Origin: Epithemia pelagica
Lineage: Eukaryota > Protista > Bacillariophyta
Length of the DNA: 64,000 bases
Assembly (NCBI GenBank): GCA_946965045.2
Contig: OX337232.1
Span: forward strand, 248,001 to 312,000
Direction of reading: 5' to 3'
Made by a program: the position numbers and the translations under genes. The notes beneath the pieces were generated by a model that was not told the origin of the DNA, did no database searches, and worked only from the letters and a program-made list of their open reading frames with translations. Below, one piece after another: positions 1-11,498 of the stretch (its first letter is position 1; each line of letters begins with the position of its first letter).

Positions 1-104
1 TTGCCTTTCTTTTTGCATTCTTGTGTACAGTTTGTCGCAAAACATTCTACCGCCACTTCTCTCTCTTTCGCTCTCTTTCTCTTTTCCTTGATTCCATGGG
101 TTCT

Positions 105-1820
105 TTACCACAAGGAGGACGGTGCCGCCTCTCCCGCCACGAGCCACAATCCCACGACAGCCACAACACCCAACATGGCCAAGACCAATTGTTGCGTGGC
201 ATCATCGTCCTCGTCTCGTGATGTTGTTGTGACACTGCCCAACAAGTCTTCGACGGTTTCTTCCTCTTCCTCCTCATTTTCATGGTCAAACATCATCAAG
301 AGGGGTTCTTCCAGGGAACCTTGCGCGTCGGGAACTTGTTGTCGTCCATTGGCGTGACGCGTGTTGGCTCTTCGGTCAGGACCACGAACTTGGTGCTCTT
401 GCAATCGGTCTTGTTGTTGCTGTGGTGGTGGCGGTCTTGGACGCAATGGCGATGGTGGTGAGGTCCACTCGGGGTTTTCCTCTGCCTCTCTTTGTAACGG
501 GTTCGCTGGCCGTGCGGCTGCTGCGGGTGGAGCATGGTTCTCGTTTCCTTGTTGTTGTGGTCGATTGGCCGGGGCATCCGGGTCCTGGTGGTCTTGGACC
601 AAAGGACGCAGTGCTGGTTCTTCCTCCATTAGTGGCTGTGGATGGAGTTGTCCCTCTCCATCGTTGCGTTCCAGTAGTGGCAAATGCTCTGCATGTCGTT
701 GTCGCCGTGGAGGCGACACGGGCTCTCTTTCATTGGCAGGCTGTACATCGACACCATTCGGATTCTCTCCATTTGGATCCAAGGACTCCTCCTCCTCCTC
801 CTCCTCGTCGTCACTGTCATCGTTTGGATCGCGATACCAATCCGGTTCTTCTTCTTCGTGTCGTTCCACTACAACCGCTGCTGCAGCTGCAGCATTGCGT
901 CGAGACGTTGGTGATAATGATGATTGTTGTTGTTGCTGTTGCATGTGGGAACCATGAGCAGAAGCACTGGTGGAATGGTCATTATTATTGAGAGATGGGT
1001 CCTGTTCTTGATCCCACATCCATTCCGTCTCTTCGTCTTCTTGTTGTTGTTGTTCTCGGCCACTGTGGGAAGTCTCGTGCGATGCCGACGGTTCGAATTG
1101 GTCGGTCGCGGCATGGAGGGGATAAACATTCAAGACGCGAACCACCACGACATGACTCTCCTCGTTGTTTCTCATCCGATGCGGCGATCCTCCGTGTCGT
1201 TGTTTTCGTCGTCGTCCATGGGGAGACCCACGGCTCGGGCTCTCATGCCCGTGCGAGGCCGCCGGATATTCTTGAACCAAGACGACAGTTCCTGTATCCA
1301 AATTTTCGTATCGAAAACACAAATTCGATTCTAGAGTGGAGGTGTTGCGTAGTGGAGACGAGGCTTTCTTTTTCGTGCTGGTTGGATCGTAGTGACACGG
1401 TGCTTGCAATTCGGGAAAGTCATGCTCGTCGTCGTCATTATTGTCGTGCTCCAGGGATGATTCGTCGTCCTCATCATCGTCATCTTGTTGCAATTCCAGG
1501 GGACGCTGTCCAATCAAAATCATGCCCTGTTGCAAGGTTGTGAGCACGAGTGCATTGGAAATGCCATATCGGGCTTGTTCCTCCAAGGCTCGTTTCGTTC
1601 GCACGATAATGCGTTGGTGCGGTCGTTTGGTTCTGGCAGTTCGTTGCGGAGACGCGGGTCTCTTTTGATCCAACCACGACCAATGCGCATCTGCAGTGTT
1701 GTTAGTGTCGTCTTGTTCGTCGAGCGACGAGGAAAGATTCAAGAGTTGATTCCAGACATTGGTGGTTCCATTCCTTGTTCTTCTTCTTGTTGTCGTGGTG
1801 GTTGTTTTGGTTCTGCTCAT
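105..1820 (-). CDS. Hypothetical low-complexity (D/E/Q/P-rich) protein with C-terminal hydrophobic helix; may splice on beyond the window start
   Basis: Long ORF; first plausible ATG at 1820 (MSRTKTTT). Ends LVLAMLGVVAVVGLWLV (TM-like). A possible GT donor (TG|GTAAAG) lies at 107-108. Confidence 0.55.
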   Translation of the reverse strand: MSRTKTTTTTTRRRTRNGTTNVWNQLLNLSSSLDEQDDTNNTADAHWSWLDQKRPASPQRTARTKRPHQRIIVRTKRALEEQARYGISNALVLTTLQQGMILIGQRPLELQQDDDDEDDESSLEHDNNDDDEHDFPELQAPCHYDPTSTKKKASSPLRNTSTLESNLCFRYENLDTGTVVLVQEYPAASHGHESPSRGSPHGRRRKQRHGGSPHRMRNNEESHVVVVRVLNVYPLHAATDQFEPSASHETSHSGREQQQQEDEETEWMWDQEQDPSLNNNDHSTSASAHGSHMQQQQQQSSLSPTSRRNAAAAAAVVVERHEEEEPDWYRDPNDDSDDEEEEEEESLDPNGENPNGVDVQPANEREPVSPPRRQRHAEHLPLLERNDGEGQLHPQPLMEEEPALRPLVQDHQDPDAPANRPQQQGNENHAPPAAAARPANPLQREAEENPEWTSPPSPLRPRPPPPQQQQDRLQEHQVRGPDRRANTRHANGRQQVPDAQGSLEEPLLMMFDHENEEEEEETVEDLLGSVTTTSRDEDDDATQQLVLAMLGVVAVVGLWLVAGEAAPSSLW

Positions 1821-2286
1821 GGTTTGTACTAGCGAGTCACAGCCTCGACAAGGAAGCCTTCCAACAACTGCAACGACAAGTTCCAACCGCAACCAAACAC
1901 CAGGGAGAGGAGACTGTGAATGGGGTGGTGCTGCCGCAACGAGAATGAGAAGGTCCCGGCACGAGATGATTTCTCGCGAGTTCTCCGCAAGAAGCACCAG
2001 CCAGCAAGCCGTGTTTGAAACTGGTTTGGAATGTCCTTCTTCTTCTTTTTCTAGAAAGAGGAGATGAAAGTCTTGTGGTTGTGGCTGTTTGCCTTCCTCT
2101 CTCCTTGTCTGGAATGATTCGTGGGTGTTTGTGTTGCGGTCTGTTTTGAATGAGAAACAGTTTTTAGGGGCGCGACCGGGGTGTGATGCCTCGTTTTGTG
2201 GGGCGATGAAGGCACTGACGTCGAATTTGCATTCCACACGGATTCTCTTCGCTCCATGGTCGCACAATTTTCGGACACCGCCCAAA

Positions 2287-2302
2287 CACCAATGCGACTC
2301 AT
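2287..2302 (+). repeat. Left target-site duplication
   Basis: CACCAATGCGACTCAT, identical to 4588-4603. Confidence 0.9.
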
Positions 2303-4472
2303 TATTGATTGCCGTATTGACCTAGCTACTGATTTCCGTCCCCCCTTGCAGCGAGAACACGACAAGTTTCTGATGGACGCTGCTATCTCAGGGCAATTCT
2401 CTGATCTCGAACTCCAGCTAATAAACGCCTGTCGGCTTTTTCTCGGCGTTACCCTAGTGAGTGATATCACATCACCAAAGGGCGATATGATCGAGTCCTT
2501 CGCGATTCAAGGTCAAGACAACCCCACATCAACGGCCAAAGGTCTCCTTCCATATCAAGATCGTCCTAGCACTCGAGCTTGGACCCTATGGCAACGGTTC
2601 CTGGAAGAATTCGCCTCCCTTACTTTGCACGGATACGTCTTGACTGACCCGCTGGGAAAATGGTTAGTCACTGGATTCTCCACTCACAGACAATGGAAAG
2701 AATATCTTGTTCCGAGCGAGGCCATGCTTTATCGCTTTGAACAAGGCTCCTATACATTACATGTGTATACTCATCCCAGGTTTGTGTCTACGCCTTTCAC
2801 CTCTCAGCATCTTCCCCCCACGGCGATTCCAGTTCAAACATCCCCAAGCAGTCATGGTTACACACTTCTCCCTTACCAAGGACAACTTTCTGTTCCAAGC
2901 ACACCACGGTTGCGCACTTTTGATTCTTTCATCCACGACCTTCCCCCTTGGGAAAATCAACTACTGAAAGGTTTTCGGATTCTCACCGATCTTGATGACC
3001 TTCTGACAGTGTTCAACTTATCCGGTCAAGTCTCGCTGGTGACTTGTAGTGACGGGTCTGCTCCACAATTTACAGGCACATTCGGGTGCGTTTGCAGCAC
3101 GATGGAAGGTCAGCGTTTATTCGGTCTCAACGGTCCGGCCCCAGGCTATCGAACCAACTCGTTCCGTGTAGAAAGCTATGGATTCTTAGCTATCTTGCGC
3201 ATTATATTACGGTTATGCGAGTATCATGCATACGAGTTGCCGTCAACACTTGCTTTGTACACCGACTCTGAGAGCCTTATCAAGACAATTTACAAGCGCC
3301 TTGACTGGTCTATTGAGTTCCCCTATAGCACCATGCATCCGGATTGGGATCTACAACAGTGTATCTCTACATCGCTGCGAAAGTTTCCTACGATGCCATC
3401 GATTTCCCATGTTAAAGGTCATCAAGACAGGTTTCAACCTGTTAGCACCTTACCTCTCCCGGCTCAGTTGAATGTGGAGGCTGACGAGTTAGCATCTGCC
3501 TACAAATATCCTCCAACGGAAACTCCGACCTGTGCTCCTTTGATTGAAGGCTCCACAGTTACTCTGCGTTGTCCTCTTGGTACAATTCATTCGAATTACC
3601 GCGCGGTCATCCGCCGACTCGCCCAAGACCCAGTGATCCGTCAATATCTCTGCAGCAAATTCGATTGGTCTCCAGCGGTGATCGATACTATCGACTGGTA
3701 CTCCCACGGGATTGCCAATAGAGCATTCTTCTCTCGGCGACACTTCGTGTCGAAATTTATCTTCGAGTGGCTGCCTCTAGGAAATCTGAAATCAAAGTAT
3801 GCCGAGTACTACGTCGACCATTGTCCTGCCTGTTCTACCCCTACCTTGGAAGATGCCGAGCATTTCCTGCGATGTCCACAACGACGATCTTGGCTCGGTC
3901 CGATGCTCGATGATCTTCGTTCTCACTGGGACGACCAGTCTGTCGCTCCTGCTCTTCAGACTTTGTTTTCCGACGCTCTTCATCACTGGTTGGACGATAC
4001 TCCTCTTCCCACATCCTATGCTTCCCACCTCTATCCTTTACTCACCACTCAAAATATCATTGGCTGGAAACAGCTCTTTTATGGTCGCATGAGCACCCAC
4101 TGGGCGTCCATTCAAGATTCCCACCTCAAATCTCACGATTTCACGTCACCAAAACTCCGTGGCCACTTCTTCGTATCTGGCTCCATCAAAATTATCTGGC
4201 ATCATGCTCATCGTCTTTGGCTTCGCCGAAACGAAGATACCCATGGCACAAATCCTGAAACTCAAGAAATTGCTGCCTACGCCCAAGCCCAACGGGAGGT
4301 TACCGCGCTGTACAACATGCGCCACCTTGTTCACCCATCTGACCAGACCTTGTTTTATTCTTCGCTTGATCAACATTTTACCATTGACACGTCTTCCATA
4401 TCACTTCGGTCCTGGATTAACACCTGGAGGCCAGTGATCCTTCGCTCTGCAAGCCTTTTCTCGTTTATCTAA
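2303..4472 (+). CDS. C-terminal part of retrotransposon polyprotein: post-RT region, RNase H, CCHC zinc knuckle (5'-partial)
   Basis: INACRLFLGVTLVSDI post-RT motif. RNase H acidic residues in CSDGS, RVESYG, LYTDSES, HVKGHQD, LNVEADELA. Zinc knuckle CPACSTPTLEDAEHFLRC. Confidence 0.88.
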
Positions 4473-4587
4473 CACGCTGCCCAGCGCACTGGTAGCTAGT
4501 CCTCGCCTTCTTTTAGGCCCGGCGCGTCGGTCGGCTTACTCCGCGCGGGTAAGTGCGGCAGCGTTAAAATAGACTATTGTTTTTTTT
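2303..4587 (+). mobile_element. 5'-truncated non-LTR retrotransposon (Ambal-like, RNase H-containing)
   Basis: Flanked by a perfect 16-bp direct repeat CACCAATGCGACTCAT (2287-2302 and 4588-4603). Contains an uninterrupted post-RT/RNase H/CCHC ORF, a ~107-nt GC-rich 3' UTR and a terminal T8 tract. Confidence 0.88.
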
Positions 4588-4603
4588 CACCAATGCGACT
4601 CAT
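4588..4603 (+). repeat. Right target-site duplication
   Basis: CACCAATGCGACTCAT, identical to 2287-2302. Confidence 0.9.
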
Positions 4604-5306
4604 CTACCGGTAGATACTTCTAGAGAGAGAAGGAGTACTCCTAGGAGTAGATGTATAGATGGGATACGATAGCCTCCATTGTATCCTCTCTCTAGAGAGT
4701 AGACAAAGAGCACAAAGTGCACAAAGAGCACAAAGAAGAACCAACCTCTGATCCAACTCTCCTTGCTTGTAGAACCAACAGAGTCCCTTCTCTCTTTTTG
4801 TGGAAAGGAATAGATACGTAGTCGTTCCAACACTGCTGGGTCGATCGCGGCAGTTCCATGATCCAACAACCACAAGGCTCGTGGTCGACGTCGACAACAA
4901 CACTATAGAGTCGATTCTGGTGGCAATTCATAATAATCATTAAAAGCACACATCTTAACTACGACTGGACGACCAACACAAACACACACATGGCTCGTTT
5001 CCAGTCTTATTGTTTTCTTCCTTGTTGTAGATGTCATGTAGATACAGATATAGAGAAAGCGAAGAGAGACTATAGACACACACATTCACACACCAGAGCC
5101 ACCACCGACCAAGCACAAACGACGAGTTGCACCGTGTCATTCGACGACGACAACAACGACAGCATGGTTATCATCGTGGAATGTTGCTTGCACCCACAGC
5201 TCTTGGAGGGCCTTGAGGAACACACACAAACGACGAGGATCCCAATGCTTCATCTTTTCTACTGCTCGTCTTTATCCTTGTTCTGTTTCTTGTGGTGACT
5301 GCATAG

Positions 5307-6571
5307 TTAATCGTCTTGGGGAGTCGCCACGCCGTCATCATCATCATCCTCATCGGCTTGAGCATCTTGGGCGGCTTTCGTGACTTGTTCCGGCACTTCG
5401 ACACGGCCATGACGGGAGGCCCGAATTTCCATTAATTCATCGACATGTTCCTTTTTGGGACCCTCCAATTCATAGGCCGATCCACGATGATGAGAAATAT
5501 CCAAGCCCACCTCTTCTTCCAAGGCATCGACGCGAAACATGCCGGCAATGTTCAAGATATAGAAAAACGGACCCATGAGAGCCGTGACCCAACCGACGAT
5601 AAAGAAAATGGAACACAATTGGGCCACCATGAGATTGCCATCGGTATCGTCACTGGCCCATTCGTAAAACAAGCCTTCGTGTTCGCCATTAAAGCCGGCA
5701 ATGTCCATGAGGCGGCCTTTGGCAAAAAAGCCCACGGCAATGACGCCCCACATGCCATTGGCAAAATGAACGGGAATGGCATCGACGGCATCGTCAATGC
5801 GCAAGCGAATCAAGAGTTTGGAGGCACCCAAATAAATCCAGCCGCCAATGGCGCCAATCAAAATGGCCGCCCAAGGTTCCACGACGGAACATCCGGCCGT
5901 AATGGCCACCAACCCACCCAGCGCGCCATTCATGGCCATGGTCAAATCGTACGAGGTTTCGCCCGTTTTCATACTTTCCAAAAAGGAATCGGTAAACAGA
6001 GCCGTCACACAGCCCGTGGCGGCGCCCAAGGTGGTTGTTACGGCACAGAGAGCGGCCGTTTGGGCCGTGTTGGCGGTGGAAATTTCCAAGGCCGATCCCG
6101 GATTAAAGCCATACCAGCCGACCCACAAGATAAAGGTGCCCAAAATTTGCAAGGCCGTACTGTGCGCCGGAAAGGTAATGGGTTCTTCGAGAGGATTGCC
6201 ATCTTCATCGTAAAAGCGACCACGGCGGGGCCCCAGAATAATGGCGGCAATCAAGGCTGTCAATCCTCCCGTCATGTGCACGACGCCCGATCCGGCAAAG
6301 TCCACGGTACCGACATCCTTAAAGGGATCATTATAAAAGGCACTCAAAAAGCCATTGTCGGACCAGATGGCATGAACGACGACGGGATAGACAAAGCCCG
6401 TCAAAAAGAGGGAATAGCAGAGGTAGGCCACCATTTTGCATCGTTCCGCGACCGTGCCGGCCACAATGGTGGCGGCCGTGGCGGCAAAGGCAAACTGAAA
6501 GAAAAAAAACTTGTAATTGTCATAGTCGCGCAGACCAAAGTAGGAAGTGCCAATAAAGGTACGGCTGCTTT

Positions 6572-6605
<34 letters not shown>

Positions 6606-7128
6606 ATAGGCAAAGCCAAAGCCGAGGGTATAAAAACCCAAGGCACCACCACAGGCATCCAACAAGTTTTTGAGCATGATATTCTTGACATTTTTTTGCC
6701 GCACCGAACCGGCACACAACATGGCAAAGCCGGCTTGCATGAAAAACACCAAGGCGCCCTATAACAAGACAATCATCATAAAGAGAGTCAGACACATGTT
6801 GGTGTTGCCAAAGTGTTTGTGTTTTGGGGGGCTCGAAACCGCCACTCGCAACCACTGGTCGTCGTTGTCGTTGGTACGTACCGAGAAGATGAAAAAGAGT
6901 GTATCCAATCCAGTCGTCAAACCTTTGATGGTTACTTGATCCTTGGTCCAACTCTATATGCGTGTCAGGCAAGAGGAGGGTGAGAGAACGAATGAGAGAG
7001 AGAACGAGGACCAACCAGAACGCGTCGTCGACCAAACCTCCACCAGCGCCAACCAAACGTACCTCGTAGAGAAAACAAACTTCTTCATTGCCCTCCTGTT
7101 CACAAAGTACTGGAAGTGTCGTGGCCAT
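5307..7128 (-). CDS. AMT1: Ammonium transporter (Amt/Rh family), 3 exons: 7128-7063, 6953-6882, 6758-5307
   Basis: Motifs FFMQAGFAML, FAFAATAATIVAGTVAER, DFAGSGVVHMTGG, GWYGFNPGS, DDAVDAIPVH. GT-AG phase-0 introns restore GLDTLFFIFS-GALVFFMQ. Confidence 0.96.
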
Positions 7129-8316
7129 GGTGAAACGATGTCGTTGCCAAAAAGAGGGAAGATTGAGATGAAAGAGAGAGAGAGAGATGTGTATATACCA
7201 CCAATGCCTCGATCGATCCAACGCAAGCAACGAGTGTGTTCGTTTTTATGAATAGAAGCCAAAAAGAAGGACGATCGTTCGAAAACATCAAACGTCCAAA
7301 GTTCTGTGGTATCCTGCCAAAAAGAAGTTGGAACGCCGAACCCTCCCCAAGATCCTTTTTCATTTTTTGGGAATAGCCATTAAGGATTGATTTTTTCTGT
7401 CGGCGGTCGGCCTGTGTGTGTTCGTGGCTTCTCGTCCTTCTTATCGATATCCAGATTTTTTGTTCTTTGGTGGTAGTGTAGGGAAGGTTTGTTGGGGAGG
7501 GTTCCCATTTCCCATCACTTTGCATCGTTCAATGGATCACGCAGGGCCGGTTGAGTGTGAATCAATACTCGTATGTATTCGGCGGTTGGTTCTCGCGCTC
7601 CCGAATTGTTCCCTGGCATTCCTGTTGGGCAGGATTATTCTGTAGGGCTATTGATACTCACCCAATATTGGTGTACGATTATTCGGTGCGTCATTCGCAT
7701 CGACTCCTCGGCACAAACAGAACCCCGAACAGTTTGGGGGATAAATTAGACGATGAGGAGTGGATCAAATTTCCACGTGTCAGAATCCTGGACTTACTTC
7801 GGCTATGTATCTATGATTAGATACAGCTAGAGCTAGCACCCGTACATTCAGTGTCTGCCCCGATTGCAAGTCTACCTCTCGATTCTTAGATTTATCTAAG
7901 TAGCTAGCTCTAGCTTGAGACGATGCGTTTCATTTTGTTACATCCCAGTGTTTTGCAAAGAAACGTTGACTTCCGGCAGCTCGACACCGTGACACCTGCC
8001 ACCGCGTCACAATTCTCATCGGACAAACTCCGGAACATGGGCCGGTCCATAACCCATAACATTTGTGTGGAAAGTGGATGCTACGATTGGACCGTGAACT
8101 CCAAAGTACGGATGACGCAATGGGAACTTTCCTTTCCACGTGCCGTCCATGGAGGCAGTAATACTCGAAATGCGATGGATAAGCCCTTTCTTTGGCCAAG
8201 CCAAGTGACCGCCGTCATTTCCACTCTGATTCTGCTCTTGGTTTGGGCCGTTCATCCAATATCTCGTAACATCCCTTTTGATACACCACAGCCATTTGAA
8301 AGAGTGCTTGCAAACA

Positions 8317-9021
8317 ATGACAACACAAAGCGCCAGTGCTGCCGCTGCTCCAACGAGCCACGAGATGTACTCGGTCAAACTCAATTTGAAACCAGATGAA
8401 AGTTCGGGTCTTGTTTTCGCTGGGAAACCACCGAGACTGGTGTCCTACGAAGCCGTGCGAATTAAGTTACCCGATGGTCAACCATCCATTGTCGACTATT
8501 ACTTTGAGGCTCTTGAAGTTCCAGGAACCGAATTTTTTCATGTATCGTCCGATGCGCAAGTGAATCAGTTGCTCCTCGACTTTGAGGCTGGCGCACGATG
8601 TGTGGTCTTATCTTCCCATATTCCACCGGGCCACTCCTTGTCAGAGGTTGATTGCATGTACAAGCACGATTTACCAGCCCACCAACCACTGGGGCTAACC
8701 TTTGAAGGATTCCCACCGAAACTTTCCAAGGTAGAAGAATCTTCACCTTTGTTCCGGAATGGAGCCAAGGCAGGACAGTACGTAGAGGCCCTTCTCTTGC
8801 CATCAGGTCGACCAGACCTCAACAAGGATACTCCTGGATTTACGGGTAGCGCTCTTCAAAGTCAACTGGAGACCACCAATCATTTAGAAGGCCGCAAATT
8901 GGTCCTGAAAGACTTGACTGCGTTTGGTGTCCGACAAAAAATCAAGACCAAAGACGACAAACGCAGGTCGCAAAGTGCTCCAGTGGACGGTGCAGACTTC
9001 AAAGCGTGTTGCTGTATGTGA
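8317..9021 (+). CDS. Hypothetical protein with two PDZ-like segments and C-terminal CCCM (CaaX/palmitoylation-like)
   Basis: Diatom PDZ-like patterns (SGLVFAGKPPRL; LGLTFEGFPPKLSKVEESSPLF...GQYVEAL). Terminal KACCCM. Confidence 0.6.
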   Translation: MTTQSASAAAAPTSHEMYSVKLNLKPDESSGLVFAGKPPRLVSYEAVRIKLPDGQPSIVDYYFEALEVPGTEFFHVSSDAQVNQLLLDFEAGARCVVLSSHIPPGHSLSEVDCMYKHDLPAHQPLGLTFEGFPPKLSKVEESSPLFRNGAKAGQYVEALLLPSGRPDLNKDTPGFTGSALQSQLETTNHLEGRKLVLKDLTAFGVRQKIKTKDDKRRSQSAPVDGADFKACCCM

Positions 9022-9575
9022 ACTACCTAAGCTCATTTTCATAGGAACATGCATAGGCTTATGTGGTTGAAAAGAGAATGGTCACATTGAATGAGTTGAA
9101 CGAGAGCCTCTGTTTCCCTCGTCTCTTCACTCGAATGAGATTTATGCAGAAGAAAGTGCCCCAACCTGATCCTTTGCCAAGACAGGGATACTCTGTATGC
9201 AAACTTTCTCGCAATTAGGACGACGCAATGTATCCCCAAACTGTGAAGTTCTTACAGACCTTGTATAACAACTGTTGTGTAGCATGAGTTCACGCCACTG
9301 CACAAAATTGGAGGATCGCTTTGGAGAAGTCACGATACAGTGATGGTATAGGCAAGCGGACGACACCATGCAGCGGAAGAACGTGTAGACAATGTTGAAA
9401 AATTCAGTTTTTCTCTCAATCGTGTGCCAGCACACTTTTATCGCTAGCTCGAGCCCAGGAACCTGGTACCCCAATTCACGATTGAAAAAATAGTATATCT
9501 TCCACCCACACAGGTCCACAATTCACACAACGCTCCACGATGATGTATTTGGGAGCCTTTCGTCAAGCATAGTTC

Positions 9576-10572
9576 TCAAGAAACAACCAGGTAGTTGTTT
9601 GGAGCTGAAGTGCGTTTTGCTTTCTTTGTGGATGTTGTTGTGTTGGTGGATTTGTTGGATCTGGAGGAGAATTCGTCCTCCACTGTTTGTTCCGTCTCCG
9701 TGGTTACATGACAATGATGATTGTCATTGTGAGGACGCAAGCTCACGAGTTTTTGTCGTACCGACACGGCAGTTTCCAAGAAATTCAAGACAATGTTGAG
9801 AAAGTCTTTGGCCGACACTTCTGCGACGCGATCCGTGTACGAAAACATGACTTCGGAGGGAGTCACGGCACCCGTTTGGGCTCCCTTTTTGACCGACACA
9901 CATCCACCACGTGTATCGCCTGAACAATTGAAATTACCGATTGACAAATATTTTGTGAGAATGCAGTTCAAATGGAACATAGTCAGTCAAATGTCCTTGC
10001 TTTGACCTACCTTGCAAATAGTTCATTTCGAGGAGCATGTCTTTCATGGGTTCGGTCAATTCCGAAACAATATTTCGAGTATAGAGTGAAAAGAGTTCCC
10101 CTTTTTCTGGGACATCGACCACCACAACCATGTCCTGGAACCGAAAGGCGCAGCATCCTTTGTCGTTCAAATTCAAGGACAAGGATCCACTCAAATGCTG
10201 CGCCACAAATTGGAGAAAGCAATCAATCTTGGCACGGGGACCCGAAAATTTGTTTCCACACGAGCTTTTGTTGCAGTGTTGATTGTTTGGCGAAGACTCG
10301 AGCGGTGGCTTAGTCGACTCTTCGGTTTTGGATTTGGACTGTTCGTGAAGGACCCATTCCTGTCCCATGAATTCATGAATGGTGTCCCGCAAGGCGTTAT
10401 TTGGCACCAGCATTGTTTCACTAAGTGGTTGACGACTAATGGGTGATGTCCGATATTCTTGAATCCATTTCAGAAGAGCAGATCGCTCGTACGTGTTTCC
10501 TTCGGCATCCAATACTGGTTCAAGCATGACTTCCAGCGTCAAGGGACACAAAAAGCCCTTGGGAACAGTCAT
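9576..10572 (-). CDS. U-box E3 ligase domain fused to CesT/type III chaperone-like domain; exons 10572-10011 and 9919-9576
   Basis: U-box: FLCPLTLEVMLEPVLDAEGNTYERSALLKWI...SPISRQPL...LVPNNALRDTI. CesT-like: LNLNDKGCCAF...LLEMNYLQG|DTRGGCV...DFLNIVLNFLETAVSVRQKL. GT-AG phase-1 intron keeps frame. Confidence 0.8.
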
Positions 10573-11461
10573 TGTGGTCCATGAGCCAGTGGTATTGCAC
10601 TCATTGTTTTCCACAAGAGGACTCTCTTGTCGATGTTGGCTATTGTGGTGATTGTCGCTTTCAAAAATGGCACATTTCTCTCTTCGTTGACGCTTGGATG
10701 ATGTGCCACTCTCAGAACAGGCGGACCATGTGCAAACTCGTTTTTGGTGCCATGTTTCAATGCCCATGTTCGGTTCTATGTGGAATATCCAATTGGAGTG
10801 GGCTTGTTTTCCCAAAGCTTTTGAAAATTGTGAGCTGCTGTTGTGGAAACGCCGTCCCTTCTTCGTCTCCCCAAAGAGAAAATGTGGAATGAATAGAGGA
10901 GCGCGTGTGCAGTTTTGGGGCACCCACCCTCATGAATCAAACCAGAAATCGAAACTTGTGCAACAAGACATCCGATCTACTTGAAACACGGGTTGCTTTT
11001 TGATTGTTTGGCGCAGCAAATGGACAAGATGCAAGACGCAAGACCCTCGATCCCATTCAAGACAACCTCCATGGTGGGCAATTCTGTGAGAGCAACGAAC
11101 CCGTGTTTCAAAAGTACGGTTTGATCTTGGATACCGAACGTTTGCTCCTTATACTCTGAGTACAGAATAGCTCGCAGTAATTCAGACACGCCATTGATTC
11201 ACGAATGGATCCCGACCGGGTTCGCGTTGGCTGTGTGGTGTGTTCTCATATTTTCGAATTTGCACAGCGACAGAGTAAATCCAGAATCCGGAGCGATGAT
11301 GATATTATATCCAAGAGAGAACCCAACAAGTAAGACAGATGTTGGTTCTCTCTCGCGGCATGACGACGATCCTGTGAGAGGATCTCGACGACAAGAACGA
11401 TGAAAGAGTCATGATCCTCCTGTGAAACAGAGCAAGAGAACAACGAGGTCCCATGGGTATT

Positions 11462-11498
<37 letters not shown>

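Noticed and set aside
2196-2302. N-terminal extension of the 758-aa retroelement ORF
   Set aside because: Lies outside the left TSD; it is flanking DNA that happens to be in frame.
4470-4579. Twister or hammerhead ribozyme in the retroelement tail (TAAC.CTGCC resembles the twister 5' strand on both strands)
   Set aside because: The twister L4 (UNNCAAGC) and 3' GAGGG elements are absent, as is the hammerhead CUGANGA/GAAA core; the segment simply forms the terminal stem.
5445-6764. 439-aa plus-strand ORF
   Set aside because: Antisense shadow of the AMT gene; same for 42365-43651 (DLD), 49041-50333 (TPR), 26795-27772 and 25542-26273.
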